Shown here piece after piece: positions 38,473 through 51,819 of a DNA stretch of 64,000 bases. This stretch comes from Pseudovirgaria hyperparasitica. Taxonomy: Eukaryota. Position 1 is the stretch's first letter. Every line of letters starts with the position of its first letter. The notes beneath the pieces were generated by a model, which saw only the letters and a list, made by a program, of their open reading frames with translations, was not told where the DNA came from and made no database searches. The stretch lies in NCBI GenBank assembly GCA_010093815.1, contig ML996584.1; one strand, given 5' to 3'. The position numbers were made by a program, and so were the translations under genes.

Positions 38473-40530
38473 ATGAATATGGTTCAATTCAGCTCAAGTG
38501 CCTCAGATGAGAGTACATTTGATCTATCTATGCGGTCAACACCTCCGGAAAGAAGCCTGTTGAGTGGCACTGCGCAATCAGATGCCACCATAGAGACTCG
38601 TTTTACAAGCCTTTCGGATCTTATCTCCCTCGAGGAGTCGTCCTCACCACAAGACAGGCAGCGAATACTGCCAGATATCCTCAATCCTGCCAGCGCCGCG
38701 GGAATTCCTGTGAGGAATGTTTGTTTCGTGGGAGCTGGGTATGTAGGTATGGACCACATTTCCTCTCAATCTCATCGATCCTATCTCACGTGTGCCTTGT
38801 AAACTACCGTCTGACCGACCTAGGGGTTCCAACTGCTGCAGTCATTGCTTTGAAAAATCCATCATTGCGCGTGACAGTCATAGACCGCGACGAGAGGCGC
38901 ATACGAAGGTGGAATTCTACACATTTACCACTTAGCGAGCCAGGCTTGAATGAGCTCGTTCGAATCACAAGAGATGGCTGTAAGTTTTCTTGGTCCCACA
39001 AGGAGAAGCCGAAGGCGGTCACAGCATCCTTCGAACAGGACGTTGAAGAACAGGCTATAAGGACCCCCAACCTAAATTTTTCCACGGAAACCGCGAAATG
39101 GATTGCGACTGCAGATATGATATTTATCTGTGTTAACACTGGAACAAAGACCTCGGGTGTGGGAGCCGGTTCTGCCACCGACATGACTGCATTCGAAGGC
39201 GTAGTACGAGAAATTGCAGCCAACTCAAAGACAGGAGCCATACTGGTCGAGAAGAGTACAGTGCCATGCAGGACTGCAAAGTTTGTCCAAGACATTGTCA
39301 GTTTGAGAACTCAAGCAGGCAGCGAATCTGATACTGACCATAAAATAGCTCGAGAATCTCAGGCCACGGGCGAGGATGCAAGTGCTCTCCAACCCTGAAT
39401 TCCTTGCGGAGGGCACGGCTGTCGCAAATCTTCTTCATCCAGATCGAGTAATCATCGGGTCTGCCCATACTGTTGAAGGCCATCGAGCTGCTGCCGCCTT
39501 GGCCAAACTATACACATCATTTGTTGATCCATCGCGTATCCTGGGTACTCATGTATGGTCGTCTGAGCTTGCAAAGTTAGCTGCAAACGCCATGCTAGCA
39601 CAGCGCATTTCCAGCATCAATTCTATTAGTGCAATATGCGAACAGACTGGTGCCGACGTCCACGAAGTAGCAAAAGCGATGGGCATGGATCCACGGATCG
39701 GAAGTCAGTTCCTCAAAGCAGGTCTAGGCTTTGGCGGAAGCTGTTTCAGGAAAGATATCGGTAGTCTAGTCTATCTGGCTCGTAGTCTGCATCTGGACGA
39801 TATTGCTGACTACTGGGAGAGTGTGACGAAGATCAACATGCTCCAGCGCACACGTTTCTCTAAGATGGTTGTTCAGCGTCTCAACGGCACGCTCGTGGGT
39901 AAGAAAATTACACTCTTAGGATTTGCTTTCAAGAAGAACACCGACGATACTCGTGAGAGTTTAGCCGTCGACATCATCAGCAAACTTCTCGAAGAACGCC
40001 CCGCCGAAATCGCAGTATTCGACCCTATATGTCTCCCGGAGAACATACAGCGCGAGATCAATACGCTTGGCCCTCAGTACAATAACACAGACAAGGTCAA
40101 GATCTATACCGATCCCTATCAGGCATCTATGTCCGCATCCGCAATCTTGATTATCACTGATTGGGACTTTTTCAAGAATTCACCTTCAAAGCGCCCTGCT
40201 TCGTGTTCATCGTCTCCCACGACAAAGCCAGTCGATCAACTCGGTCTGAACCTCTCCCCTGAGCAGTTTTTTCCTCAGCCCTCGTGCCCGGATGACTGCC
40301 CGGACTGCAAGATCTCTTATCAGGGGTACGGAGTCGGTTCGGACGACAGGATCGAGTGGGCAAGGATAAGCTACCACATGAAAAGGCCGCGACTGCTCTT
40401 CGATGGTAGAGACGTAGTCGACCCAGCAGAGATGGGGGCTTTGGGCGTCAGGGTCATCGGCTTGGGGAGGACTGAAACTGGTTATGGTGGTGGAATGAAT
40501 ATGGGCATGAGTACTGGTTTTGGGTACTAA
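38473..40530 (+). CDS. UGD1: UDP-glucose 6-dehydrogenase
   Basis: VCFVGAGYVG/GVPTAAV, VEKSTVP, LSNPEFLAEG, SELAKLAANAMLAQRISSINS, catalytic GFGGSCFRKD, FKKNTDDTRES; two introns. Confidence 0.95.
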
Positions 40531-41118
40531 TCGGTTCGCAGAAGTAAGACTCACAGTCTATTAGATCAGAAGGAGAGAGTGCATCGATAATATCCACGGA
40601 CAGATAATATTTGTTTTCAATCTCTGACTTCACACGTTCACAATCCTTCTGCTTGAAAGGGCACAGCAATATGCCACACCTGCACCACTATCATTGTATT
40701 TCTCTCTCTGTACACCGGATTTCGACTCCTCCATCGTGGAGATCTCCGAACACAGACTGCTAGGCATGGCGCATGAGAGATTTTCACCAACTATATCCTC
40801 CATGCATAGCGCGTCAACTGACCTACCCGAGTTTCCATAGCTGCGGAAGAAACGCAAGACAGCTGTATGATCCCACAGCCTTTCTCTTCTGCCCCAGCCC
40901 GCGGAGCACCTCACTCTCTTCCCACAGCTTCACCATGATGAGTGTCTAATCTGTTATTTGGACAATGCGTTTCGCTAAGTTTTGACTAAGTGCTGCCCTG
41001 CTCTTAAATCTTGGATGTGAATATGGAACTTCAAGGATAATAAGTCCATCACAAAACGCAAAGGCGATGATATCTCAAAATGTTCTTAAAGTATCTTGAT
41101 TGGGTATCTGAAAAATGC

Positions 41119-42566
41119 CTACTTCTCATGGAGACAGCCGCTAATATTGTCATTAGCTTCATAATGCGTGATCCAGCCGCTACCTAACACTCTCCGCAGT
41201 CCATTCAGTCTATGCATCTTCCACCATTTGTTGACTTTGTACTGTCCAAAGTTTTTGATACGCAGACGGGACCCCAGGCGTTGCCCTGACTCCTGGTCGA
41301 TGGCATTCGAGTGGCGAGGCCCTCGGTAAGGGTATTCCACGGCGTTAACGAAGTCCGCGAAATTCTCGTGCAGAGCCTTTTTGTCCTTTTTGGAGACGCC
41401 ACGGCCACTGGTATTGGCAAGAGAACTGAGAAGATCCTTCAGTTGATCTTCACGCCTGTAGACTTGATAGCGCTTAATCATTCTTGGTGCGGTCTTATCT
41501 TCTATGGCGTCATTCTCATCGTTATCTTCCTCACCACTCGATAGGTCCTCATCCTCCTCTTGTTCTGTGTAGCTATATTCGTAAAGGAGGGCAATATTTT
41601 CTCCAGCAGCGATTTGAACGCTGACATCGCCACTCTCCAGCTGGTCGACGAACGTATCCATGGCAACTTCGGTGATATCTTCTGCTTCGTCGAGGAGGGT
41701 CGCCAGGAAGCCCCATTCTTGCAACGCTGCAGAAACAACCTTTCCATCGTCAAGTGCACCAACGGTCTCGCCGTCCGACTCGGAAATTTCGAGGAGGAAT
41801 TCCATCATTTCCATGGTACCCTCCTCAGATGATCCTCCAAAGAAAGTTTGGACTGATAACGTACGAATAGCGGCGGCCTTTACAAGTGGTGAGTCAGAGT
41901 CAGTTATTATATTATTCAATGTCTTGTCCATGCCTATTTGTGCATCATTGTCAGGGCAGGTTATAATAGTCATCGTGAGTGCTACCGACTGTCAGTTGGA
42001 TTACAGCCATACCACAAGTCGGCGCCAGACGTACCCTTCAAAGCCAAAGTAGCTTCCTTCACTTCACCATCCTTTATACTCCTGAGAAGCGACCCTTGGA
42101 TCTCAGCCAGTCTTGGCGCAACTTCTGCTGTTCTATATCCATTTTGCAGAGCATTCGCAAACCTTGCGATGCAGAGCTCTCGGCCTGCTGACGTGCTTCC
42201 TTTCCGAGTAATCAGTTCCTCGATCAGATTATTGAGATTACTGTAGCTGTAGTCCTCCGCAGGCGCGTCCCCGACGTCAAGGACACCACCGTGGTATTCA
42301 TCAAAGGAGCTATAGCTAACAAGAAGTCAGTTCGGGTCACTGCAAGCTGTCGGGACATATAAAACTCACCTGTATGCTCCTTCGCTGCGTGAGTCTTCAT
42401 CGTCAGAGGGCTGCCTGCTCGGAGCTCTTGAGTTCGATGTTGAGCCAGTAGGAGAGTTATTTGTCGAGTTTGCTGCTGAGCTTTGTCGCGATAGTCTCTC
42501 ACGAGCCTTACGAGAGACTGTCTTTCCCGGAGCGAGAGCCTGCCTTCGGAGGTCTTTATCGGGCAT
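41119..42566 (-). CDS. IFRD (interferon-related developmental regulator) domain protein
   Basis: DLRRQAL...KTVSRKAR start, AALQEWGFLAT, VQIAAGENIALLYE, WWKMHRLNGLRRVLGSGWITHYEAN; two introns. Confidence 0.85.
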
Positions 42567-43987
42567 ACTGCAAGAAAAGAGATTGGGCTTGGCTGACCGC
42601 TGAGCGCACGTGAAACTGAGTGTGTGGTAACGTCCTGAATAAATGCCGGCATATAAGTCGAGCGGCTGAGCGATCGAGTCGATGCTATCTCAGTCCTTCA
42701 GTCAAAGTGGAGTGAGTATTGCGTATTGATCTCAGTTCCATTTGGGAGGTGGGAGGGGAGGTATTTGTGGCTAAGTGTGGATTTCCAGCACAGGGTGACA
42801 ACAATATCTATCTAAGTGAAGAAAGTGGAGGCCTGCCAGTTGTCACACAGCCTTGATCCGGTGACGAGAACCCGGCCGAGGTGTGGCGGGGTACCACCTA
42901 ATTAGTGAATATCTGAACCTGTCATAGGTATATATGAGCACACACACTTGCGACGACTGGACTGGTGTGAAGTCTAATGAATTGATACTCCCTACCCTCC
43001 ACTTTCCGCAACAATGACTCCATGACCGACCTCCTGTTCAAAGACTCAAATCTCCTGCTGAGTCCTGTCCTTTCCTAATATTTATGGCCCGATTGGGTGG
43101 TAACATTAGCCTTGCCTTGATATATAGCACTAATCTGAACACGTTCAAATGTAATCTAGTGAGGTTTGGTGGTGCTAAAAGCATCCATCAATGCACGAGA
43201 GACTGATACCCAACAGCCTCGTTGAAGATCATTGGGGTCATTCAAAAAGACATACTCGAAATAGCATAAGCACAATAGGAAACGACATGGATTGCAAGGT
43301 CTACTGTGCCAAAAGCAGGTCATGAATTCGATCAGCACGCACTGCGTTGTGGAGAACATTGATGGTATCAATGCCGTCTTGAAGCCTTCGTATAAACATG
43401 TTATCATGATCGATGCAGGACTCTCCATTCGGTGAACGAAGATCAGCGTCCATGAATGCGGACCGGATTCATGCGAGTCAGTGCGGATTATGAATGAACG
43501 CAGGGCGCTTCGGCAGTACCTTAATCGTCCGGGAAGCGCGAAGGTATAAATAGAATAACACTAAGAGAGGAATGACCTTACTAGTCTTATAAGAGGGTAT
43601 CAGAAGTAAACAATGCTATATTTGGAGATCCCAATAAAATGATTGCATCCATTCACAAGCCCAGTTCTGAAAACGAAGTAGTCTATGTCCTAGTGGTGTA
43701 CTATAGCAATGCCATACCTTGAATGAGGTAAGGCCAAAAAATGGCTTAGAACGCCAAGTCTCTTTGTACGTCATCAATCGTAAGAGTCGTTATACAAACA
43801 TAAGTGTAAATATGAAAGGGTGGGAAAAGCATGTTCAACCCGACGCCGTCTTTGTGTGCCCAAACCAGCGACTTGTTTTATCGATTTGTCGGAGTTCAGA
43901 CATCTCCTACTTCACCGAAGTGTCATGCTTGCGAATATCTTGCTGTCCTTTCAAGGACCTCGAAAGACATTGACAATGCAGACAACC

Positions 43988-44863
43988 TCAAATGTCATAT
44001 TGGTTTGTGTGCTTGCGTTTTTGGATTTCCTCTCCGTGGTAAGCGCGGCGGTGTTCTATAAGATGGTCTTTTCGGGTGAATGGACGAATGGAACGATCAC
44101 ACGATCTGTGAGGGCAAGCAAAGCTCTTTCGCTTCTCGTGAACTGTGTCGGTATGACGATCAAGGTCGGCTTTGCGTCCAAATTCCGCAGTTGATGAACA
44201 GCCAGGACGTTCGCATCTCCAACTACGTTCTGTTAGCCAGGATCTTAGATCATGATGGCGTGACACCAAACTCACATTTTTTTCGACTTTTTCGGCGGCT
44301 TCGTGGTTGAAGTCCTGGAATCTTCTTCGCACTCGGATGCAGGAGGGTACAAAGACAGGTTCTGTTGTGATGAGACATGATGTAAAAGCTGGAGTGGCGG
44401 ATGGATTTGCTGGTAAGCTGGACGTGCTCCATGTGGGTATACGATTTGATAATTCAGGTAAGGTTGGGATTGATAGTAGATAGGCTGGTAAGTCATTGCT
44501 TGCGACGAAGACAGCGTTGGATACTGGCCGCAATACGAGTCGTATGCACCACGTGTATGAGATGACGTTCCATATTGGACTTGATTGTACGTTTGGTTGG
44601 CGTCGAACTGTGAAATACGCTGGAATGTCATGACTGGCAAGATGATGTGGTATGGTAAAGAAGATAGCTGAGGGCTGGAGCAGTAGGGTGTAGACTGTTG
44701 GATGTTATCCGCGTACGTCTTTTCACAATCTGTCCCTTTCATAGAGTCTTGACTTTGCTGTTAAGAAGTACTCAAAGGATAATAAAGACGCTGGATGGGT
44801 TTTAGTACAGGACATGCATGGCTCTGCAACAAATAACCATACGTTGTTGTGAGAGGGATCCAT
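43988..44863 (-). CDS. C2H2 zinc-finger protein (two fingers)
   Basis: CERPGC...FGRKADLDRHTDTVH and CPHRSC...FTRKDHLIEHRRAYH; intron GTGAGT...CTAAC...TAG joins ORFs 44272-44742 and 43988-44533; first exon MDPSHNN is tentative. Confidence 0.75.
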
Positions 44864-46578
44864 GTCACTAACTTGTGTGAATGGTGGAGACAGCTTAGTA
44901 TCCAATGAGCAAGGATTTGTCTGCTTGGGCCGAGCCAACGCAAGATTCATCAAATTCACTAGATTATGGTTAGCGGTGCGCCTAGATGAACCTGACTGGT
45001 GCTTACAGTGCTTATAAAATGATCCCGCTTGTCTGAATTTAGTTCATCGCATTAACATGCTTGCTGACTTGAGGAGATCATATCCTATGCCACCAAGGGC
45101 AAGGCTTTTACTTAGACCACTGTGCACTATGTGCTCGCCTTTTTGGTAATGGAGCTGTAGGATGTGGAAGACAACAATCTTATTCTTCATGGTCACAAGG
45201 CCTTCTTCCGCCTCAAGAGCTCGTCAAATAGACCACGCGGAGAATACTATAAGCGAACTACCGACACATAATAGTATTTGCCCGTTCGTGCTATGATCAT
45301 GCGTTGATGAGGCTTAGAGGGCAGATCAATGAACAGACCGATGAGCCTTTGCACAGAATGTTGTATATGTAAAATACTGACCTTCGCGTGAATAGCTGGT
45401 ACGGTGTACGGTACGGCTTCGTAATGAATAAAGCAGCAGAGCATGAAAGACAAAGAAGCGTATGAGATATGGATGACGTTTCTGAAGTATAGACCATGAC
45501 AAAAGGGGCCATCGCCGCAGGAATGAATCATGTAAGTTATGTAGCATTGAGCTAACAATTGCCTGAAGGCTTAGTTTCGTTCAAGCTGTATTTTCTTCGA
45601 AATGAGCTATAGATGCCTGTAGTTCTTTGCAATCCTTGAGGCTCTTAGAAAGTCTGTCACGCATGCGGGCTATATTTGATGTATCGGGAATATGTGATCA
45701 TGGCGGTCGAAATCAGTAATGGTCTTAGATTACAGCGAGATGGTCGAAAAGCCTAACAAAAATCTGCCTGTCCGTTAACCCAGCTTGTCGGAGAAATGAC
45801 AGGACTGATTGTCTTCAAAGAGGATCGTGCATATATTTGGAGCCGTTACGCCAGACCGTGGGAACTATCAGCCACTTAGCGATCGGTAATGACAGGATTC
45901 GATTGCTCTCGATGGGTTCTATCTGGACGATGGTGGCGGCTGACCCATCCAGCCTAAAGCCGTAGTAGGACAATCAGACCAGAATACAATTCTGTCATAT
46001 TTAGAAGAATTTCCTTCATCGGGTTAGTGCATGCGCTTATGGTGGAGTTGACAGATGCAGATGCATTGCATTCACTCTCTTGCAGAGAACAATCCAGCTG
46101 TGGTCCCTGCATAGTCCTATATGTGGTCGGGCAAACAAAACTCATTATACTCGTTTTGGTATAGCAGAGAACTGAAGATCCAATCAATTCTACTGCGCTG
46201 ACGGAAGATATGCCTTGCAGCTTCCTTCTTTCTATTTTTAGAAACTGTGCACGGGTTTTACGATCGCTGATGTATGCTCTCCTCAGCTGCAGTATTCTGG
46301 CAATTACACCCTTGAGATGGCGATGGCGTCGCTGATTTACTTCAGCAGAGCAGGCAGTAATCCCGCATTACACCCACAGGCATTCGACCTTGAAAGATGC
46401 TTTATCATCCCTAAAGCTGTATACTGTACAATGCACGCATTATGATCTTCCAAAAATTGAGCAGTTGCCATGCATTGGCATCTTTCACAGTAATGTCTTC
46501 TTGGAGAGCTAGCTTCCATCAGAAGCACACGCACGATAACTTACACAACAACACAAAATGAGTCCTCTGCCTGGCGAA

Positions 46579-48681
46579 CTATAGATCGTCCTCGAGGAAC
46601 TTGTAGGCAAATTTAAAGTCTGCCTTTCTTCGATTCATCCTGGAGATGATTAGCATGCACGATAAGCTAGGTGCAGGTAGGAGCCGATAGTCAAATGCGT
46701 TGCAAGTAGGAGAAAAACTTACCAAGTACTCTCGTAATCGAAGAATCGATATGTTCCCTGCTCATAGTCCTCCGTGATTGACTTTGGCTCCTCATGTCTT
46801 TGGAACCAGGTCTGGTACTGCTTATGAAAGCGCCAACTCTGAGCCTTGAGAGCTTTGGCCGCAAGAAATTGTTGATATGTGCCCTGCCGATAATAGAAGG
46901 CATAGAAAAGCGTATCAGTGTCAATTTTCTGGAACAGCCTGGGATCATCGAAGATAGGTAATGGCTCCTGCGGGTAGTGTTCAGGAGTAAACGGGTAGGG
47001 ATTCTGCGGCTTGTAGTGTCGTGGTCGTTCAGCGTCCACTGATTCTGGGAAAGACGCATGTGCCGCATTCAGAAGTCTTTCGTCCGTCTGCTTGGAGTCC
47101 GCATGGACCTCGGCTTTCGTGGCTTCAAATGACTCCAAGAGGTCTTGTAGGCTGGAGGGTAGAAAATAAACCGACTCTGTATCGTCTGTTCTTTGATGTG
47201 CATCTCCATTGGTCACCTTGGCCTGGCGAGTGTTTTCGGTGCCTGTACTAGGCGTTCGCTCCGTTGACATCGGCGGTTGAGTCTCACTCACGTCCACTTT
47301 CTCGGAGGCTTGTGGTATCGTGGTGAGTGACTCTGCCACAGTTTGAGCAGCACCTGTGTGGCTGAGCGCTGGAGACTTCGATGTTGTCTGTAGTGCGGCA
47401 CCACCATCGACAGACGGTGTAGCGGATACTGTCGGTCGCTGTTGCGCAGGTATCGACGCTGAGATATGCGGAGAAGCTACCGAGCTTGTTCTTCTTACAG
47501 CAGCGGCAGGGAGTGGAGCCAAGCCACTCGTTGAAGACGTAGAGGTGGCATTTGGCAGTGGTGGTAGGGGTGCTATACCTACACCATTCTTGTCGCTAGC
47601 AGCCGCAGCTGCTGCAGCTGAGGCATATTTAAGGCCCTCACCAGGAGCGCGAGCTGGTATGGGGGCTGGCTTCATGCTACTAGAGGTCACACCATTTGAG
47701 GGACTAGGCAAAGATGTATGCAGTGTTGCCAGCGCTGGTAAAGGCGACTTCATTTGTGTCGATGATCTTCGTGCTGTGGAACTCGATATGTCCGTTGATG
47801 ATGCCGCCTTTTGCTTGCCGACCCCTGTGCCGATAGGTTTGCTTTCCACCTCAGGTATGTCGTCTTGTATTGATTGTGCATCCTGTGAGGATACTCTGTC
47901 CATCTCGTTGTTCATACCAAAATGCTCTTCATCCTCTTGCAGATCAAGTTCATCGTAGATGCTGTCATCCTCCATGAAATCCACTTCCTGATTGTTTTCC
48001 ACATAGTACTTGATCCCCTCTTCAAGCTCTTTGACCTGTTCCGTCTCCACAGTACCGTTCTCCAGCGCACGCAATACAAGTTCGAGTTTCCCATTGTGCC
48101 ATTTATGCCGTTCTATCACGCGCTCCAACTCTGATATTCGATCTGCTTTCGCTGTGTCTTTCTTGCTCTTCTTGGCGCCTACCTGCAGAGTCTCCACTTC
48201 GGCCTCCCGGCTCTCGATCTGTTGATATAGCTCGTCCATCATCGCTCGTAGAAATTCTGCCATTTCTTCTTTCTCTTGTTCTTTTGGGTCTTTCTTGGCA
48301 GCCGCCGATAAGCCTTCTTTAGAATACGCCTTGGTTTTCATTTCTTTCTCTACTGCTTTAAATCGCTCCATTTGCTACACAGACGGTAAGTAGCGTGGCG
48401 TGTAGACGGAGTGTTAGACCTCTTACAGTTTCAATCAGCTTCCGGTTATCTTGTAGGGGCTTCTTGTCCTTGATATCACCCATTTGCGCCCACGTTTTGA
48501 TCTGATCACGCATTCGTTGTAGCTTCTTGATCTCCTTCTTTAATTGATCTTCTAGCTTCTCTTTCTGGGCTGGATTGTTGCAGGACATAATTTTCTCGTG
48601 TATCCCTTCGAATGCCGCAACGCCCTCTGAGACCTTCTTGAACGTTCGGTCCAGCTCATTTTGAAGCTTCCTTGCGGCCAT
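46579..48681 (-). CDS. NOT3: CCR4-NOT complex subunit Not3/Not5
   Basis: [57 protein letters not shown] box TLFYAFYY...[19 protein letters not shown], final exon [19 protein letters not shown]. Confidence 0.95.
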
Positions 48682-49005
48682 CTTGAAGCGCTGTGAGTCC
48701 CGATATCGCGGTGTGAGATTCTGCTCAGATCGTGAAGTGTCCGTCACGCGTTTGCGAGGATTTTGGGCTGGTATTCGATGCTACTGGGTGCGGCGGTAGA
48801 GGCCTATGACAATGTTTGCTAAAGCAAGATCAGATCTGTCCAGCCTCGCGACACTGAAACTGGCAAACGTGAGGTCGGAGCTGTAACGCCGAAGTTGCTG
48901 CCTGGCGCGTTTCTTTCGGTCCTTAGGCCGGTATTTCCCCACACGCGTCACGTCAAGTACTTGAGAATTTAGGCTGATGCTCACATCATATGCCCGCTAT
49001 TCACG

Positions 49006-49803
49006 ATGAAGGGTATGTTCACGGTCTTATCATACCACAGCATGTGCTGACAACTCAGCGGTGCTGCAACGTGTCAAATCTGCCTCTGTGACAGTTGATG
49101 GCCAACTGGTCTCGTCAATTGGCAAAGGTGTATTAGTACTCGCTGGTGTATCCAAAGAAGATACGATCAAAGACGCGCAGTCGTGCGCAGCAAAGCTGTT
49201 GAAATTTAAGTTGTGGGATGACGAAAATGGGGGCAGGGTATGAAAAGCCATCTGGATCCATTCTAAAGCTGATCGTCTTCAGTGGAAGAAGAATGTGACT
49301 GAGATTTCGGGTGAAGTGTTATGTGGTACGCCATGATACTACCTTCTAGAAGGCTATGAATGACCTGTCTTGGAGTTTCACAATTTACTCTCCTCGCATC
49401 CACGAAGAAAGGCAATAAGCCGGACTTTCACAAGTCTGCCAGCGGTGACCAAGCGAAAGAGTTATACACTGCATTCTTCAAAGCAGTTCAAGACCTTTAT
49501 CAGTCCGAGCGAGTGAAAGATGGCATTTTTCAGGCTATGATGGATGTAGCCCTCATTAATGATGGTCCGGTAGGTTTGGAATACCGCTGCGAGGACAGTG
49601 AGGTACACTACCTCGCCTCTCGGCAAGTTCTTCTTGCTCACATCGTACGCTAGGTAACGATTGAGATCGATACGGACCCTCCCAAGCTCGACTTACCGGG
49701 AGGAGGTGGGTCCACTCAAAGCACCTCTGTTGGCTTAGATGACTTAGTTGGACAATTCCAGAAACTCCAGAGGCAGTACGACCTCACCGAACTCTTGGCG
49801 TGA
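49006..49803 (+). CDS. DTD1: D-aminoacyl-tRNA deacylase
   Basis: MKAVLQRVKSASVTVDG, CVSQFTL, KKGNKPDFH, GIFQAMMDVALINDGP/VTI; four introns. Confidence 0.93.
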
Positions 49804-51595
49804 GCGAGACAACTGTTTCAGTACCTTCATCATGAAGCGTAAGCAACATCAGCTAAATTCATCCAGCTTCGGAGCGATGAAACTTGATAGTTTCCTTTCC
49901 GGGTGAGACAGCTGGCGACATCACACGAGCGTGGTAGCTGGCATTCACAGATATCTTGGTAAAAGGGCAGCTCTATCCCGCGACCGACCGACAGCCGTCG
50001 AGAATTAAGACAATCACAACATCGGATTCCTGTACAAGAGTTGAATGAGGAACTCTGGGGTCAATCACTGAAGGCGCTTGCATCCAGCCCAAATGACTCC
50101 ACAAAATCCGTCCAGTGGCTCTAGCGATGCATCTTTAATAGACATCTAATCAATATGAGACCTGCCATTTGGAGAGCCCTAACCCCCTGCGCTTTTTGAG
50201 AAACTCGTGACTCTACCTTGCAGTCACACTATACGTGGAAGATATTAGCCACCAGAAGGCTTACCAGAAGCTCTGTCTATCATCTGTATAAGACAGATGG
50301 CGCTAGAAGTACCAATGTTAAGTTTAGAGGTGCGCCCGCAGGTATTCGCACGTCCATTGAAGAGTGCATGGTGGTCGCCAACGATGGACCCCTATACCTG
50401 GAGTATCCTGTATGACTTTGGCTGTCTTTGAGACTGTCTTGGTCTGTGTTCCCTGATGTAACTCGATCGTTGCGTCTATTGAGCCATTGCCATGTTGGTG
50501 ATCTATAAGGATTCCAAAATGATAGCTGTCAGGACGGAATAGAGACAGTCAGGTCGTTGGCGCCTGTCGGTAGGCCAGATGCAGAATCAAGGTTGATTTC
50601 TTGTGCAGATGATATCTAGTTTCTCTTCTCCCCCATCACTAAGCATGTACGACATATTGCCATATGACGAAGTCTCCAGGACGCCGTCTCTCATTTGTTG
50701 AAGAGGATCCTGTTGCGATGAATTCAGGAATTCATTGTCTCATCACTCAATGTACCATCGTTTTGCAACCTTTCGAGCTGCCTAATTCGCCCGCTTGAGG
50801 TCTTTCTGACAAGGTAATCAGCGTACCAGCTTGCGAGCGGTGCTAAGGTATGCCACAACTAAGTTCTCATCAAATTCGATCATTAGCCCTAAACTTTAGT
50901 GGTTCCTAGCTCAGTCGAGCATCGTTACCCTAAGCATTGAGGCTATTGTCTCGACGTAATCACTGAGTGCGATCACTGAACTCTGTGGGATCCGAGTACT
51001 GTTTCACAAGATTCACCAAACCGTCCGCAGGAGGCCTATACTTACACACGTGCTGTAGCCCTTCGAACATCATGTCTGATGAAGGTGATAATTCGAACTT
51101 GCCCAAGTCGAAGCGAGATAGTCGACAGCCGACAACGATCAATAAGTGACACTAGGTCGAACAGATCCACCAATGCGGGTCTCGTATACTCTCTAGTCAT
51201 TGAATTATTACTTTGAGCTCTTTTCCATCTCGCGAGCTTTGTTATGCCAACAACTCAAAGTCGCATCGATCATGGCCATACCATACATAGTCTATACTAT
51301 TAGCGCAACCGTGAATTTACACATTGTCCCATGGTGTTTTCCAGATTACATATTAGACACCATCGGATCTAAACATGCTAGAATAACTCATGAGGCCAAA
51401 TCAGGGTAATCAGTAATCTACTAATCTGGACTGTATTTAGGAAGCGCCCAATGCCCAGCTTGTTAAGGTTACTTAGTGAAGGACACCATGCCTAGGCGTT
51501 GCTTTCTTCGTCTATCAAAACGAATAAGGGAAGATCTACGCAGAAAGAATTTGGAGTGCAATATAAGCAACCTTAGCGGTCTACAAAAACGCAAA

Positions 51596-51714
51596 ACATT
51601 CAACAGTAGGTATTCGCTAGTAGTCACCCACCTTACTACTAATCTACCCCTAACCAGCTTAAATAGGCGGGAGCGAACGGGACCGCTTGCTTTCTGGTTG
51701 GTATGGCCGAATGT
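51596..51714 (-). rRNA. 5S rRNA gene (divergent, probably RIP-mutated)
   Basis: 119 nt ACATTCGGCCATACC...TTAGTAGT..GGTGGGTGACTACTAGCGAAT...GTTGAATGT; ends pair as helix I; TTTT terminator follows; TATAAT about 25-30 nt upstream. Confidence 0.9.
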
Positions 51715-51819
51715 GCTAGAACTGATGTAACGATTCATTATAATCGTACACAATTAATGGTAATATTGCTAAGGACTTCCTTCACTCGTCCAAACCGGAA
51801 TGATAAGGTCGCTTCCCTT

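Noticed and set aside
41119..42566. An interferon-like cluster formed by the IFRD and IFI27-like genes
   Set aside because: Naming coincidence; IFRD proteins are conserved ribosome-associated factors and lie 7 kb away beyond unrelated genes.
43988..44742. Programmed frameshift between overlapping zinc-finger ORFs
   Set aside because: A canonical GTGAGT...CTAAC...TAG intron joins the frames.
49900..51400. Possible pseudogene fragments on the minus strand
   Set aside because: Short stop-interrupted frames with no motif I can recognise.
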